Source: an uncultured Ectothiorhodospiraceae bacterium (GTDB lineage: Bacteria > Pseudomonadota > Gammaproteobacteria > UBA9214). From it: a DNA stretch of 64,000 nucleotides. The stretch covers positions 72,973 to 136,972 of the forward strand of contig CAMYIX010000043.1 of assembly GCA_947258615.1 (NCBI GenBank), written 5' to 3'. Below the pieces are notes generated by a model. The model searched no databases. It saw only the letters and a program-made list of their open reading frames with translations, and had not been told where the DNA came from. A program made the position numbers and the translations under genes. Each line of letters opens with the position of its first letter. The first letter of the stretch is position 1. Positions 1-10,380 of the stretch are shown in pieces.

Positions 1-147
1 TCGCCTGGCTCAGGTTTTTCAGTCAGGCGTCCGGGCGTGACGAGCGCTACCAGCCGGTTGTCCTGCGTCACCGGATTGCAGTGGGCCGTTAGCAGGACAC
101 TGTCCAGTGCTGGCGGCCAGTCGATTTTTTTGAAGCAGTATGGAGAA

Positions 148-1584
148 ATGAGTATGTCCAATACCCGTATATTCCCCGGCTACACCCTGTGGGTGCTGCT
201 GTCCCTGTTCATTGCAGCGCAGCCTGTGCAGGCACAATACCTTCCCGGGTTCACCGAGCTGGTCAAGCAGGCAGCCCCCGCCGTCGTCAACATCAGCACC
301 ACCCAGAAGGTGAAAAGCGCCATGCCGGAATTGCCGGAGGGTTTTGAGATCCCGGAAATGCCCGAAGGCTCACCTTTTGGTGAACTGTTCAAGTACTTCT
401 TCGACCAGGAAGAAGGCGAGCCCAGTCTGCGTGATGCGCAATCGCTGGGGTCGGGCTTCATAATTTCAGACGATGGTTATGTGCTGACGAACTACCACGT
501 GGTCAAGGATGCCGACGAGATCATTGTGCGGCTCAACGACCGGCGTGAATTGCGCGCTGAGGTCGTTGGAACGGACAAGCGCAGTGATGTGGCGCTGCTC
601 AGGATCGATGCCAGCGACCTGCCGGTTGTCAGCATCGGCAAGTCCAGCACCCTGCAGGTGGGAGAATGGGTGCTGGCGATCGGTTCGCCGTTTGGTTTCG
701 ATTATTCGGCGACGGCCGGTATCGTCAGTGCCAAGGGACGCAGCCTGCCCCGGGAAAACTATGTGCCTTTCATCCAGACCGATGTTGCCATCAACCCGGG
801 CAACTCCGGTGGTCCGCTGTTCAACCAGGCCGGCGAGGTGGTCGGTATGAACTCGCAGATCTACAGCCGCACGGGTGGCTACATGGGCCTGTCCTTCGCC
901 ATTCCGATTGAAGTGGCAATGGACGTGGCCGAGCAGCTCAAGACCAAGGGCCATGTCAGCCGCGGCTGGCTGGGTGTGCTGATACAGGACATTACCCTGG
1001 ACCTGGCCGAGTCCTTCGGCATGAAGCAACCGCGCGGCGCACTGGTAGCCAAGGTCCTGGAAGACAGTCCGGCCGAGCAGGCCGGCTTCAAGGTGGGCGA
1101 TGTCATCGTGGCCTTCAATGGCAAGAAGATCAATGATTCGGCCAGTTTGCCGCCGATAGTCGGCACTACCAAGGTGGGCGTGTTCGTACCGGTCGATATC
1201 ATTCGCAACCGCAAGCAGAGCGTGATCAAGGTCAAGCTGGGCGAGTTGCCCGAGGACCCAGCGGTTGCCAGGGTACACAAGCCGATAGTCGAAAAGGCCA
1301 ACCGTCTCGGTGTCTCCGTCCTGGACATGACCGACAAGCAGAAGCGCGAACTCGAACTGGCGAATGGCGTGGTGGTGGAGCGACTGGTTGACGGTGCGGC
1401 ATCTGATGCCGGTGTGCGCAAGGGTGACATTATCCTCAGCATCAACAATGAGACCGTCAAAGACAGCGAGCAGTTTCAGGAGTTGGTCGAGGCCTTGCCG
1501 GAGGGCAAGTCCGTGGCGATGCTGGTGCAGCGCGGCAGCAGCCCGACCTTCCTCGCCATCAAGGTGCCGGATGCAGAAGACTGA
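148..1584 (+). CDS. degP: periplasmic serine endoprotease DegP/MucD (HtrA family: signal peptide, trypsin-like domain, two PDZ domains)
   Basis: Translation MSNTRIFPGYTLWVLLSLFIAAQPVQA signal peptide, then GDSGGPL-type serine protease motif (GNSGGPLFN) and two PDZ-like C-terminal regions. Frame is open from 37, but the in-frame ATG at 148/154 precedes the signal peptide. Sits upstream of lepA-lepB-rnc-era as mucD does in pseudomonads. Confidence 0.9.
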   Translation: MSMSNTRIFPGYTLWVLLSLFIAAQPVQAQYLPGFTELVKQAAPAVVNISTTQKVKSAMPELPEGFEIPEMPEGSPFGELFKYFFDQEEGEPSLRDAQSLGSGFIISDDGYVLTNYHVVKDADEIIVRLNDRRELRAEVVGTDKRSDVALLRIDASDLPVVSIGKSSTLQVGEWVLAIGSPFGFDYSATAGIVSAKGRSLPRENYVPFIQTDVAINPGNSGGPLFNQAGEVVGMNSQIYSRTGGYMGLSFAIPIEVAMDVAEQLKTKGHVSRGWLGVLIQDITLDLAESFGMKQPRGALVAKVLEDSPAEQAGFKVGDVIVAFNGKKINDSASLPPIVGTTKVGVFVPVDIIRNRKQSVIKVKLGELPEDPAVARVHKPIVEKANRLGVSVLDMTDKQKRELELANGVVVERLVDGAASDAGVRKGDIILSINNETVKDSEQFQELVEALPEGKSVAMLVQRGSSPTFLAIKVPDAED

Positions 1585-1615
1585 TTGAGTATCCGGCAGC
1601 CGGCGCGGGGCTGAT

Positions 1616-1858
1616 TTGACACGCCATCTGACGGTGTTCGCACGGGCGGGATGCCACCTGTGCGATGACATGGTGCTGGAACTGGAGCGCCTGAAACCCG
1701 ATCTGGGTTTCGAATACAGCGTCTGTGACGTCGATGATGACCCCGTGCTGGTCAGCCGCTACGGTGGGCGGGTGCCGGTGCTGATCGCCGGCGACACCGA
1801 ATTGTGCTGTTATTTTCTCGATGAACGCAGCCTGCGCGAGTACTTCCTCCCGTCGTGA
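1616..1858 (+). CDS. glutaredoxin-like small thiol-disulfide protein (DUF836-like, CxxC)
   Basis: 80 aa with a CHLC redox motif near the N-terminus (FARAGCHLCDDM). Typical small glutaredoxin-2-like ORF found between mucD and lepA. TTG start assumed; an in-frame GTG start is also possible. Confidence 0.55.
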   Translation: MTRHLTVFARAGCHLCDDMVLELERLKPDLGFEYSVCDVDDDPVLVSRYGGRVPVLIAGDTELCCYFLDERSLREYFLPS

Positions 1859-2044
1859 ACGTGTATAATAAAAAACCTCAATTATAATCAGCTAGTTAAC
1901 TATCCGGCCTTGTGGCCGCAATCAGCCATCACAGGAATCACGCCGACACGGGAAGCCTATTCCTTTCGCAGGGCCGCCATGATTGTCCCCCCAAGCGGCG
2001 GGCCAGCTCAACGGCCCCCTGACCTGAACGCCTGACAATCTCCC

Positions 2045-3798
2045 ATGACCGACCGTCAACACGTCCGCAACTTTTCCATTATCGCCCATATCGACCATGG
2101 AAAATCGACCCTGGCCGACCGTTTTATCCAGATCTGCGGCGGCCTGAGCGAGCGCGAAATGGAGGAGCAGGTGCTGGATTCCATGGATCTGGAGCGGGAG
2201 CGCGGGATTACCATCAAGGCGCAGAGTGTTTCTCTGGAGTACCAGGCCCGCAACGGTGAGACCTACGTGCTGAATCTGATCGATACCCCGGGCCATGTCG
2301 ATTTTTCCTACGAGGTGTCACGTTCACTGGCCGCCTGCGAAGGGGCCCTGCTGGTTGTCGATGCCGCCCAGGGCGTGGAGGCGCAAAGCTGCTGAATAAG
2401 ATCGACCTGCCGGCGGCGGACCCCGAACGTGTGATCCACGAGATCGAGGAGATCATCGGCATCGAGGCCGGGGATGCGGTGCGGGTGAGCGCCAAGACCG
2501 GCGAGGGTGTTGTCGACCTGCTGGAGTCGCTGATCGACAAGGTCCCGGCCCCGGAGGGGAATACCGGGGCGCCGCTACGGGCGCTGATCGTCGACTCCTG
2601 GTTCGACAACTACGTGGGGGTGATCTCTCTGGTGCGGGTGGTTGAAGGACGGTTGGGACGCCGCGAAAAGATTCGCATCATGTCGACCGGGCGCAATTTC
2701 CAGGTCGAGAAACTCGGTGTCTTTACCCCCAAGCCGGTGGAGCGTGAGTTTCTGCAGGCGGGTGATGTGGGCTTCCTTATCGCCGGCATCAAGGACATCG
2801 AGGGCGCGCCGGTCGGTGACACCATCACGCGAACCGACCAGCCGGCCGAGGAAGGCCTGCCGGGCTTCATGATGGTGCAGCCGCGAGTGTTTGCCGGCCT
2901 GTTCCCCGTCAGTTCGGACGACTACGAGAACCTGCGCGAGGCCCTGCAGAAATTGCGCCTCAATGATGCTGCGCTGCATTACGAGCCGGAAACCTCCACG
3001 GCCCTGGGGTTCGGATTCCGTTGCGGTTTCCTGGGCATGTTGCATATGGAAATCGTGCAGGAGCGACTGGAGCGGGAATACAACCTCGATCTCATCACTA
3101 CTGCACCGACGGTGATTTACCAGGTCCAGACCACCCGGGATGAAATCCTGGAGATCGACAACCCGGCCAGCCTGCCACCCGTCAACCAGATCGAGGAAAT
3201 CCGCGAACCGATTATCGAGGCCAATATACTTGTGCCGCAGGACTACCTGGGTGCGGTCATGACCCTGTGCGTGGAGAAACGCGGAGTCCAGAAGAACATG
3301 CTGTATCTAGGCAACCAGGTGTCGCTCAGTTACGAGCTGCCGATGAGCGAGATCGTGCTCGACTTCTTTGACCGGCTGAAATCGGTGAGTCGGGGATATG
3401 CCTCCTTCGATTACCACTTCGTGCGTTTCCAGGCGGCGCCGCTGGTCAAGCTTGATATACTGATCAACGCCGAACGCGTGGATGCCCTGTCGGTGATCGT
3501 ACACCGTGATGTGGCGCAATCGCGCGGCCGCGCCCTGGCATCCAAGATGAAAGAACTGATCCCGCGCCAGATGTACGATGTCGCCATCCAGTCCGCCATC
3601 GGTTCACAGATCATCGCGCGCACCAATGTGAAGGCCATGCGCAAGAACGTGACGGCCAAATGCTACGGTGGCGACGTAACCCGCAAGCGCAAACTGCTGG
3701 AAAAGCAGAAGGCCGGCAAGAAACGCATGAAGCAGTTCGGCAAGGTGGAGATCCCCCAGGCTGCCTTCCTCGCGGTATTGCGGGTCGACAATGACTGA
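2045..3798 (+). pseudogene. lepA: elongation factor 4 (LepA), disrupted by an out-of-frame internal deletion near 2385-2400
   Basis: N-terminal fragment (2045-2395; GTP-binding motifs [17 protein letters not shown]) ends ...[13 protein letters not shown]. The remaining LepA resumes in another frame at [15 protein letters not shown]... About 18 conserved residues (TLAN...PV, roughly 52 nt) that normally separate these motifs are missing. Confidence 0.8.
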
Positions 3799-3964
3799 TC
3801 GCCCGGCCGCGATAGCTCATAACTTGCTGAATACAAAGTAAATGGTATTATTTTCTGCGCCCCTGCCGGTGCATCATGAGCAGCGGGCGGGCAGGTGCGT
3901 ATAATCCGGGGCCGGATTTACCGGACGCTCCAGGTAAATTGATTCAACGAAGGATGAAGGCTTC

Positions 3965-4792
3965 ATGAATTTTGATTTTCCGACCCTGCTGGTTGCCGCG
4001 ACCCTGTTCACCGGTCTTGCCTGGGCAATCGATGCCCTTGCCTGGGCCCCGCGACGGCGTGCCCGGGCGGGGGAGTTGTTGCGCGCAGGCCAGGCCTCTG
4101 ACTCCGAGCAGGTGGCAACGGCACTCAAGGAACCGACCTGGATCGAGTACTGCAAGTCGTTCTTCCCGGTCATCCTGGCGGTGCTGCTGCTGCGTTCCTT
4201 CCTGGTCGAACCGTTTCGCATCCCCTCCGGCTCCATGATGCCGACGCTGCTGGTGGGTGATTTCATCCTGGTCAACAAGTATGCCTACGGGATTCGCCTG
4301 CCGGTGCTGGACACCAAGATCATCGACATCGGCGCGCCGCAACGCGGCGACGTGGTGGTATTCAGGTATCCCAAGGACCCCTCGGTGGATTACATCAAGC
4401 GCGTGGTGGGCGTTCCCGGGGACCGTATCGGTTACTATGACAAGGTGCTCTACATCAACGGCGCAGCGGCCGAGCAGGTACCCGCCGGTGTCTATGTCGG
4501 CAAGGGCTCCGGTGTCTCCATGTCGGGTGCCAGCGAGCGCAGGGAAACCCTGGGCGCCATCGAGCACAATATCCTGGTGATGACGCGCACACCCGGGATG
4601 GAGGGTGAGTACGTGGTGCGTGACGGCGAATATTTTGTGATGGGTGACAATCGTGATAATAGTAACGACAGCCGTTACTGGGGGCCGGTGCCGGAAGCGA
4701 ACCTGGTAGGCAAGGCATTTCGGGTCTGGATGAACTGGGATTCCGCCAACAGGGGCGTTGAACTGGACCGGGTCGGTATGAAAATTCAATAG
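3965..4792 (+). CDS. lepB: signal peptidase I
   Basis: N-terminal TM segment, SGSMMPTL catalytic Ser box, KRVVGVPGD Lys box and GDNRDNSNDSRYWG box. Directly downstream of lepA. Confidence 0.92.
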   Translation: MNFDFPTLLVAATLFTGLAWAIDALAWAPRRRARAGELLRAGQASDSEQVATALKEPTWIEYCKSFFPVILAVLLLRSFLVEPFRIPSGSMMPTLLVGDFILVNKYAYGIRLPVLDTKIIDIGAPQRGDVVVFRYPKDPSVDYIKRVVGVPGDRIGYYDKVLYINGAAAEQVPAGVYVGKGSGVSMSGASERRETLGAIEHNILVMTRTPGMEGEYVVRDGEYFVMGDNRDNSNDSRYWGPVPEANLVGKAFRVWMNWDSANRGVELDRVGMKIQ

Positions 4793-4814
4793 GACAGCTG
4801 CAAGGGAGAACGGT

Positions 4815-5183
4815 ATGCATTCGCTACATCGACAGAAGGGGATGACAGGGGCCGGTTGGCTGATCGTGCTGGCGTTGATCGGTTTTTTTGCCATGTTGGT
4901 GCTGAAGATGCTGCCGTCCTACATGGAGTACTACAAGATCGTCTCCACGCTTGAGTCGCTGGAGGAGGAATCGGGCCTCGAGACCCCGCATGACATCCGC
5001 CGCCTGATCGAGCGCCGCTTTGATATCAGCTATGTGAACACCATCCAGCCCCGGGATGTCAAAATCCAGAGCGCGGGCCCGAACTACCGGGTGCGGGCCA
5101 AGTATGAATCCCGCAAACACCTGTTTCACAATATCTACGTGGTCATGACCTTTGACAAGCAGGTCACGGTAAAATCTCGTTGA
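4815..5183 (+). CDS. DUF4845-family small membrane protein
   Basis: 122 aa, N-terminal TM helix (GWLIVLALIGFFAMLVLKMLPSYMEYY). Conserved position between lepB and rnc in pseudomonad-type genomes. Its stop overlaps the rnc start (TTGA). Confidence 0.6.
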   Translation: MHSLHRQKGMTGAGWLIVLALIGFFAMLVLKMLPSYMEYYKIVSTLESLEEESGLETPHDIRRLIERRFDISYVNTIQPRDVKIQSAGPNYRVRAKYESRKHLFHNIYVVMTFDKQVTVKSR

Positions 5184-5860
5184 CGAAGCCGCCGGAGATA
5201 CTGGCAAAATTATTCGGCTACCGGTTTGATGATCCCGGCTTACTGAAACAGGCCCTGGTCCATCGCAGCGCCGGCAGCCGCAACAACGAGCGGCTGGAAT
5301 TTCTTGGTGATGCCGTATTGGGCTGCGTGATCGCCGAGCAGGTGTTTGCGCGTCATCCGGGGGCCCGGGAAGGGGAACTCAGCCGGATGCGTTCGACCCT
5401 GGTGCGACGCGAGTCACTGGCCGAACTGGCCAATGGCCTCGATATCGGGGTCTACCTGAGGCTCGGTCCCGGCGAGCGCAAGAGCGGCGGTCACCACCGC
5501 CAGTCCATCCTGGCCGATGCCTTCGAGGCCGTGCTCGGCGCGATCTACCTGGACGGTGGCTTCGAACCCTGCCGACGTGCCATCGTCGCGCTGTTCGCGG
5601 AGAAGCTGGACGCAGTCGCCGACCTGGAACAGCTCAAGGACCCCAAGACACGCCTGCAGGAATACCTGCAGTCACAGCGCCAGCCACTGCCCGAGTACGA
5701 GGTTATCGACATCGCCGGTGAATCGCACGCCCAGTCGTTCAGGGTGCGCTGCAGTGTCAGTGATGTCGACATCGAACCCACCGTGGGGCAGGCAAAGAGC
5801 CGTCGGCGTGCCGAGCAGGACGCGGCCGGCAAGATGCTGGCCCGGCTGGGTGCCGGCTAG
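5180..5860 (+). CDS. rnc: ribonuclease III
   Basis: RNase III signature ERLEFLGDAVLG and a C-terminal dsRBD. TTG start assumed from the ORF track. Confidence 0.9.
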   Translation: MTKPPEILAKLFGYRFDDPGLLKQALVHRSAGSRNNERLEFLGDAVLGCVIAEQVFARHPGAREGELSRMRSTLVRRESLAELANGLDIGVYLRLGPGERKSGGHHRQSILADAFEAVLGAIYLDGGFEPCRRAIVALFAEKLDAVADLEQLKDPKTRLQEYLQSQRQPLPEYEVIDIAGESHAQSFRVRCSVSDVDIEPTVGQAKSRRRAEQDAAGKMLARLGAG

Positions 5861-5958
5861 ACCGGGAAAGGGGACATTCCGGTTTTTTGTTGGAATCAGT
5901 AATTACAGGTGGGTGAAAAGATGCAACAAGCAGAATGTGCCCTCTTTCCAGGTGAGGT

Positions 5959-6873
5959 ATGCGGGCCAGCCCTGTGAATCCGGGTTACCGCTGCGGATAT
6001 ATCGCCCTGGTGGGCCGTCCCAACGTCGGCAAGTCGACCTTGCTGAACCGGTTGCTGGGACAAAAGATCAGCATTACCTCGAAGCGCCCGCAGACCACCC
6101 GCCACCGCATACTTGGAATCAAGACCGGGGAAACGGCGCAGTTTGTCTACGTCGATACGCCGGGCCTGCACCGTTACAGTGGGCGTGCCATGAACCGCCA
6201 GATGAACCGGGCCGCAAGCCAGGCCTTGCAGGACGTGGACGTGGTGGTGTTTATTGTCGAGGGCATGCGCTGGACGGCCGACGACGACCTGGTGCTGAAG
6301 GAGCTGGAACGCGTCCGTTGTCCGGTGGTGCTGGCGGTGAACAAGGTGGACCTGATCGCCGACAAGGAAGCATTGCTGCCCGCCTTGCAGGCCCTGTCGG
6401 AAAAGCGCCCGTTTGACCAGATCATCCCGCTGTCCGCCGTCAGGGGTGACAATGTCGATCAGCTGGAGGTCTGCGTCGAGAAGCTGTTACCGGAGTCCGT
6501 CCCGATTTATCCCGAGGACCAGGTCACCGACCGCAGCGAGCGCTTCCTGGTCGCCGAGCGGGTGCGCGAGAAGCTGTTCCGCAAGCTGGGCAAGGAACTG
6601 CCCTACGGGCTGACGGTGGAAGTCGAGGACTTCCGCCGGGAGGCAAACATCATCCATATTCATGCACTGATCTGGGTGGAGCGCCAGAGCCAGAAGAATA
6701 TCGTAATCGGCAAACAGGGCCGGGTACTCAAGGAGGTCGGTCAGCAGGCACGCATTGATATCGAGCAACTGCTCGACAGCAAGGTCAACCTGAAACTCTG
6801 GGTCAAGGTAAAGGAGGGCTGGGCCGATGACGAGCGTGCCTTGCGGAGCCTGGGATATACTGATGACTACTGA
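5959..6873 (+). CDS. era: GTPase Era
   Basis: G1 motif GRPNVGKSTLLN, DTPG, NKVD, and a C-terminal KH domain. In the rnc-era-recO order. Confidence 0.92.
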   Translation: MRASPVNPGYRCGYIALVGRPNVGKSTLLNRLLGQKISITSKRPQTTRHRILGIKTGETAQFVYVDTPGLHRYSGRAMNRQMNRAASQALQDVDVVVFIVEGMRWTADDDLVLKELERVRCPVVLAVNKVDLIADKEALLPALQALSEKRPFDQIIPLSAVRGDNVDQLEVCVEKLLPESVPIYPEDQVTDRSERFLVAERVREKLFRKLGKELPYGLTVEVEDFRREANIIHIHALIWVERQSQKNIVIGKQGRVLKEVGQQARIDIEQLLDSKVNLKLWVKVKEGWADDERALRSLGYTDDY

Positions 6874-6905
6874 TCCACACCACTGCCGGGGCCCGGGATT
6901 TGCCT

Positions 6906-7661
6906 ATGAGTACCCGTAGCAAGGTCGCGCTCCAGCCGGCCTTTATCCTGCACCATTATCCCTACCGCGATTCCAGCCTGCTGCTGGAAGTGTTTGCCAG
7001 GGGTTACGGGAGGCTCGGGCTGGTCGCGCGTGGTGCGCGCTCGGCGAAGTCGCGCTGGCGCGGGCAGTTGCAGAATTTCAGGCCCCTGCTGCTGTCGTGG
7101 CACCTGCGCGGCGAACTCGGGACCCTGACCGGTCTGGAACTCCCGGCGGCTACCACCCTGCCGGCCGGGCGGCAGCTGCTGAGTGCGTACTACCTGAACG
7201 AGCTGATCCTGCGGCTGCTGGCGCGGCATGATCCCCACCCCGAGGTATTCGATGCCTACGCAGAGGCCATCCGCGACATTGATACTGCCGAGGAGCCGGT
7301 ATTACGGATTTTCGAGAAGCGCCTGTTGCAGGCGCTGGGTTATGGCCTGCTGCTGGGGAACGAGGCGGACAGCGGGCTGCCAATAGAGAATGACGCCTGG
7401 TATGAGTACCTGCCGGAGCGCGGACCCGTGCGCTGCGCACAGGTTCGCGAACAGGGTGTCTTCCTGCGCGGTTCCAGCCTGATCGCCTTGCAGCGGGAGC
7501 ATCTCGCCGATCCGGCCTGCTGCCGCGAGGTCAAGCGACTGATGCGGGCCGCCCTTTCACTCTACCTGGGAGCGCGCCCGCTCAAGACCCGGGAGGTGTT
7601 GCGGCAGCTGGCGACGCTGCCGGACAGGCGGGATTCAGGATCACGAACGGGAATGAACTGA
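6906..7661 (+). CDS. recO: DNA repair protein RecO
   Basis: About 250 aa with the N-terminal OB-fold region AFILHHYPYRDSSLLLEVF typical of RecO. Position between era and pdxJ. ATG at 6906 preferred over the upstream TTG. Confidence 0.8.
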   Translation: MSTRSKVALQPAFILHHYPYRDSSLLLEVFARGYGRLGLVARGARSAKSRWRGQLQNFRPLLLSWHLRGELGTLTGLELPAATTLPAGRQLLSAYYLNELILRLLARHDPHPEVFDAYAEAIRDIDTAEEPVLRIFEKRLLQALGYGLLLGNEADSGLPIENDAWYEYLPERGPVRCAQVREQGVFLRGSSLIALQREHLADPACCREVKRLMRAALSLYLGARPLKTREVLRQLATLPDRRDSGSRTGMN

Positions 7662-7679
7662 TGCAAGGAAGGGAATGAC

Positions 7680-8423
7680 ATGGGTAGTGAATCGGAACTT
7701 CTGCTCGGTGTGAATATCGACCATGTGGCCACCCTGCGCCAGGCGCGCGGCACCCGTTACCCTGACCCGGTGCAGGCGGCCATCATGGCCGAACAGGCCG
7801 GTGCTGACAGCGTAACGCTGCACCTGCGCGAGGACCGCAGGCATATCCAGGAGCGTGATGTGGATATGCTCAGGGACATCTTGCAGACGCGCATGAACCT
7901 GGAGATGGCCGTCACCGGGGAGATGTTGACGATTGCCGAGCGCGTCCGGCCGCAGGACTGTTGCCTGGTGCCCGAGCGGCGCGAGGAACTGACCACGGAG
8001 GGCGGCCTGGATGTGGCCGGCCAGCTGGCGCGTATCAAGGCCGCCTGTGAGCGGCTCGGGGCAGCCGGTGTGCGCGTGTCGCTGTTCATCGATGCGGATC
8101 CCGCCCAGGTGGCGGCGGCTGCCGAGGCCGGTGCCCCGTGCATCGAAATCCATACCGGGCACTACGCGGATGCCGCGGATTCACGCAGCCTGCGCGCGGA
8201 ACTGGCGCGTATCGTCGAGGCGGTCAGGGCCGGGGTGGACGCCGGCCTGCGGGTCCATGCCGGTCATGGTCTGCACTATCACAATGTCAAGGCCATTGCC
8301 GCGCTGGCCGATGTACGTGAGCTCAATATCGGGCATGCGATTGTCGCGCGCGCGCTGTTCACCGGGCTGGGCGCGGCAGTGGCCGAAATGAAACGCCTGA
8401 TGCTGGAAGCCCGGACGGCCTGA
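7680..8423 (+). CDS. pdxJ: pyridoxine 5'-phosphate synthase
   Basis: N-terminal [16 protein letters not shown] motif and TIM-barrel length (247 aa). Order recO-pdxJ-acpS. Confidence 0.9.
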   Translation: MGSESELLLGVNIDHVATLRQARGTRYPDPVQAAIMAEQAGADSVTLHLREDRRHIQERDVDMLRDILQTRMNLEMAVTGEMLTIAERVRPQDCCLVPERREELTTEGGLDVAGQLARIKAACERLGAAGVRVSLFIDADPAQVAAAAEAGAPCIEIHTGHYADAADSRSLRAELARIVEAVRAGVDAGLRVHAGHGLHYHNVKAIAALADVRELNIGHAIVARALFTGLGAAVAEMKRLMLEARTA

Positions 8424-8461
8424 CCGGTGATACCGGCCGGCATGCGCAGGAAACCATCCTG

Positions 8462-8848
8462 ATGATCTTCGGGATCGGTACCGATATCGTGCAGGTATCG
8501 CGTATCCAGCGCAACCTGGACCGCTATGGCGATCGGTTTGCACGACGCATACTGGCGGACTCCGAGTTCCAGGAATACCTGTGCAGCCAGCACCCGGCGC
8601 GCTTCGTGGCCAAGCGCTTCGCGGTCAAGGAGTCGGTTGCCAAGGCTTTTGGCACGGGATTTACCGATGGACTGAGCTTTCGTGAAATCGCCGTGCACCA
8701 TGGCAAGGCGGGCAATCCCCTGCTGCACCTGACGGGCCGTGCCGCCGAGCTGAGTGCGAAGCTCGGCATCGACAGGGACTTTGTCAGTATTGCCGATGAA
8801 AAGGAATATGCCGTGGCCTTCGTCACCCTGACGGCGTCACAGGGCTAG
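8462..8848 (+). CDS. acpS: holo-[acyl-carrier-protein] synthase
   Basis: MIFGIGTDIVQVSRI N-terminus and 128 aa length are diagnostic of AcpS. Confidence 0.85.
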   Translation: MIFGIGTDIVQVSRIQRNLDRYGDRFARRILADSEFQEYLCSQHPARFVAKRFAVKESVAKAFGTGFTDGLSFREIAVHHGKAGNPLLHLTGRAAELSAKLGIDRDFVSIADEKEYAVAFVTLTASQG

Positions 8849-9250
8849 TCCGCTCCTCGCCAGCAACGCCTCGATGGCCTGAACGGACGCGCTGCAGCAC
8901 GGGGTGACGGCACTGTCATCTTCCGACCTGATGGCCTGCTGCAGCTGGCGCAGTGCCCCCGCCAGTTCCGGGAGGTCGCAGTACACCACGGCGCCAAGCA
9001 GTTTATGTGTGCACCTGCCCAGCTCGTTGAGGTCGTGACTCGCATGGGCATCCAGCAGGGCCTGGCGGTGTTCGGGCAGTTCCAGCAGCAGGCCGGCAAA
9101 CAGTTCGCTGGAGAAGCGTTCAGCGTCGGTGTCTGACGGGCTGTGGTTCCCGCCAGGGGGCTTCTTCGGCACCGCTGCCGCTGTCTTGACGTCACCGTGC
9201 GCCAGCAGTCGACTGATCCCCTGCAGCAGCCTTTGAGTGGTATCGCCCAT
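8837..9250 (-). CDS. stand-alone histidine phosphotransfer (Hpt) domain protein
   Basis: 137 aa from MGDTTQRLLQ; contains the Hpt consensus around the phospho-His (CTHKLLGAVVYCDLPELA). The longer ORF to 9340 is rejected. The 3' end overlaps the acpS stop on the opposite strand. Confidence 0.5.
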   Translation of the reverse strand: MGDTTQRLLQGISRLLAHGDVKTAAAVPKKPPGGNHSPSDTDAERFSSELFAGLLLELPEHRQALLDAHASHDLNELGRCTHKLLGAVVYCDLPELAGALRQLQQAIRSEDDSAVTPCCSASVQAIEALLARSGLAL

Positions 9251-9363
9251 GTTCAGGTTCCTTTCCTTGTCCGGTGCCTGCCGGTGATGACATCGTGTGT
9301 CACGATGAGCGGCCAGCGGTTCTTCTGTATACTGCCCCAAGAAATCAATGGCCTGTTCGCCCT

Positions 9364-10254
9364 ATGAACTATCCTACACTCGAAGCCACGATCGGCAACA
9401 CCCCGCTGGTGCGCCTGCAACGCCTGCCGGGCCCGACAAGCAATACCCTGCTGGTGAAACTGGAAGGCAACAACCCGGCCGGTTCGGTCAAGGACCGGCC
9501 GGCATACAGCATGATCCGTTACGCAGAGGCGCGCGCCGAGATCACACCGGGCGATACCCTGATCGAAGCCACCAGCGGCAATACCGGGATCGCACTCGCC
9601 ATGGCGGCCGCCATCAAGGGCTATCGCATGGTGCTGATCATGCCGGAACACATGAGCGTGGAACGGCGCGCGGTGATGAAGGCATTTGGTGCCGAGATCA
9701 TCCTGGTCAGCAAGGAGGCCAGCATGGAAGGGGCCAGAGATCTGGCGAAAGAGATGGAGGCGCGGGGCGAAGGGCATGTGCTCGACCAGTTCTCCAACCC
9801 CGACAATCCGCGGGCGCATTATGAGGGCACCGGCCCCGAGATCTGGCGCGATACCGGCGGTGAGATCACGCATTTCGTCAGTTCCATGGGTACCACCGGC
9901 ACCATCATGGGGACCTCGGCCTACCTCAAGGAAATGAACCCCGACATCGAGATCGTCGGAGTGACCCCCACGGAAGGTTCATCGATACCGGGCATCCGGC
10001 GTTGGCCCGAGGCCTATCTGCCGGCCATCTTCGACGCGGCGCGCGTGGACCGCACCCTCGAGGTCAACCAGCAGGAGGCGGAACACGCGACCCGGGCACT
10101 CGCCGCGCAGGAGGGTATCTTTGCCGGTATCTCCTCCGGGGGTGCGGTCCACGCGGCCCTGTCCCTGTCTCAGCAAGTCGAGCATGCCGTCATCGTTGCC
10201 ATTATCTGTGATCGGGGTGACCGCTATCTGTCCACCGGGGTCTTTCCCGACTAG
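9364..10254 (+). CDS. cysM: cysteine synthase (O-acetylserine sulfhydrylase, CysM-like)
   Basis: PLP-lysine motif NPAGSVKDRPA and TSGNTGIALA glycine-rich loop; about 297 aa. Start taken at MNYPTLEA. Confidence 0.75.
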   Translation: MNYPTLEATIGNTPLVRLQRLPGPTSNTLLVKLEGNNPAGSVKDRPAYSMIRYAEARAEITPGDTLIEATSGNTGIALAMAAAIKGYRMVLIMPEHMSVERRAVMKAFGAEIILVSKEASMEGARDLAKEMEARGEGHVLDQFSNPDNPRAHYEGTGPEIWRDTGGEITHFVSSMGTTGTIMGTSAYLKEMNPDIEIVGVTPTEGSSIPGIRRWPEAYLPAIFDAARVDRTLEVNQQEAEHATRALAAQEGIFAGISSGGAVHAALSLSQQVEHAVIVAIICDRGDRYLSTGVFPD

Positions 10255-10380
10255 CCCGCATTTCTCACCGGGCGGCGGAACATTCACATAAAGTACTGAG
10301 GTGATGAACGGGGTGCAGCTAAGGTACAAGACAGGGCCCCAGCGGGCATTGCCTATCCCCAATGGTAATGCGGGCTTTTA

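Noticed and set aside
2-40. Possible 3' end of an upstream gene (frame ending ...RLAQVFQSGVRA*), perhaps a mucC/rseC-like gene preceding degP.
   Set aside because: Only 12 codons are visible, too short to identify.
466-1671. 401-aa ORF antisense to degP. The same pattern recurs for long antisense or out-of-frame ORFs at 3944-4894, 5517-6416, 10510-11760, 16411-18306, 19755-20957, 21969-22973, 43062-44366, 44823-45629, 47307-48248, 49850-51307 and 58610-59974.
   Set aside because: These are typical spurious open frames of a >60% GC genome lying opposite well-supported conserved genes. Their translations are Arg/Ala/Gly-rich and low-complexity with no recognisable motifs.
8837-9340. Longer 167-aa version of the Hpt ORF, and the longer version of the ParA-like ORF extending to 63866.
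   Set aside because: The upstream extensions are low-complexity or would overlap neighbouring genes. The internal ATGs give N-termini matching the family consensus (a Walker A box directly at the ParA N-terminus).
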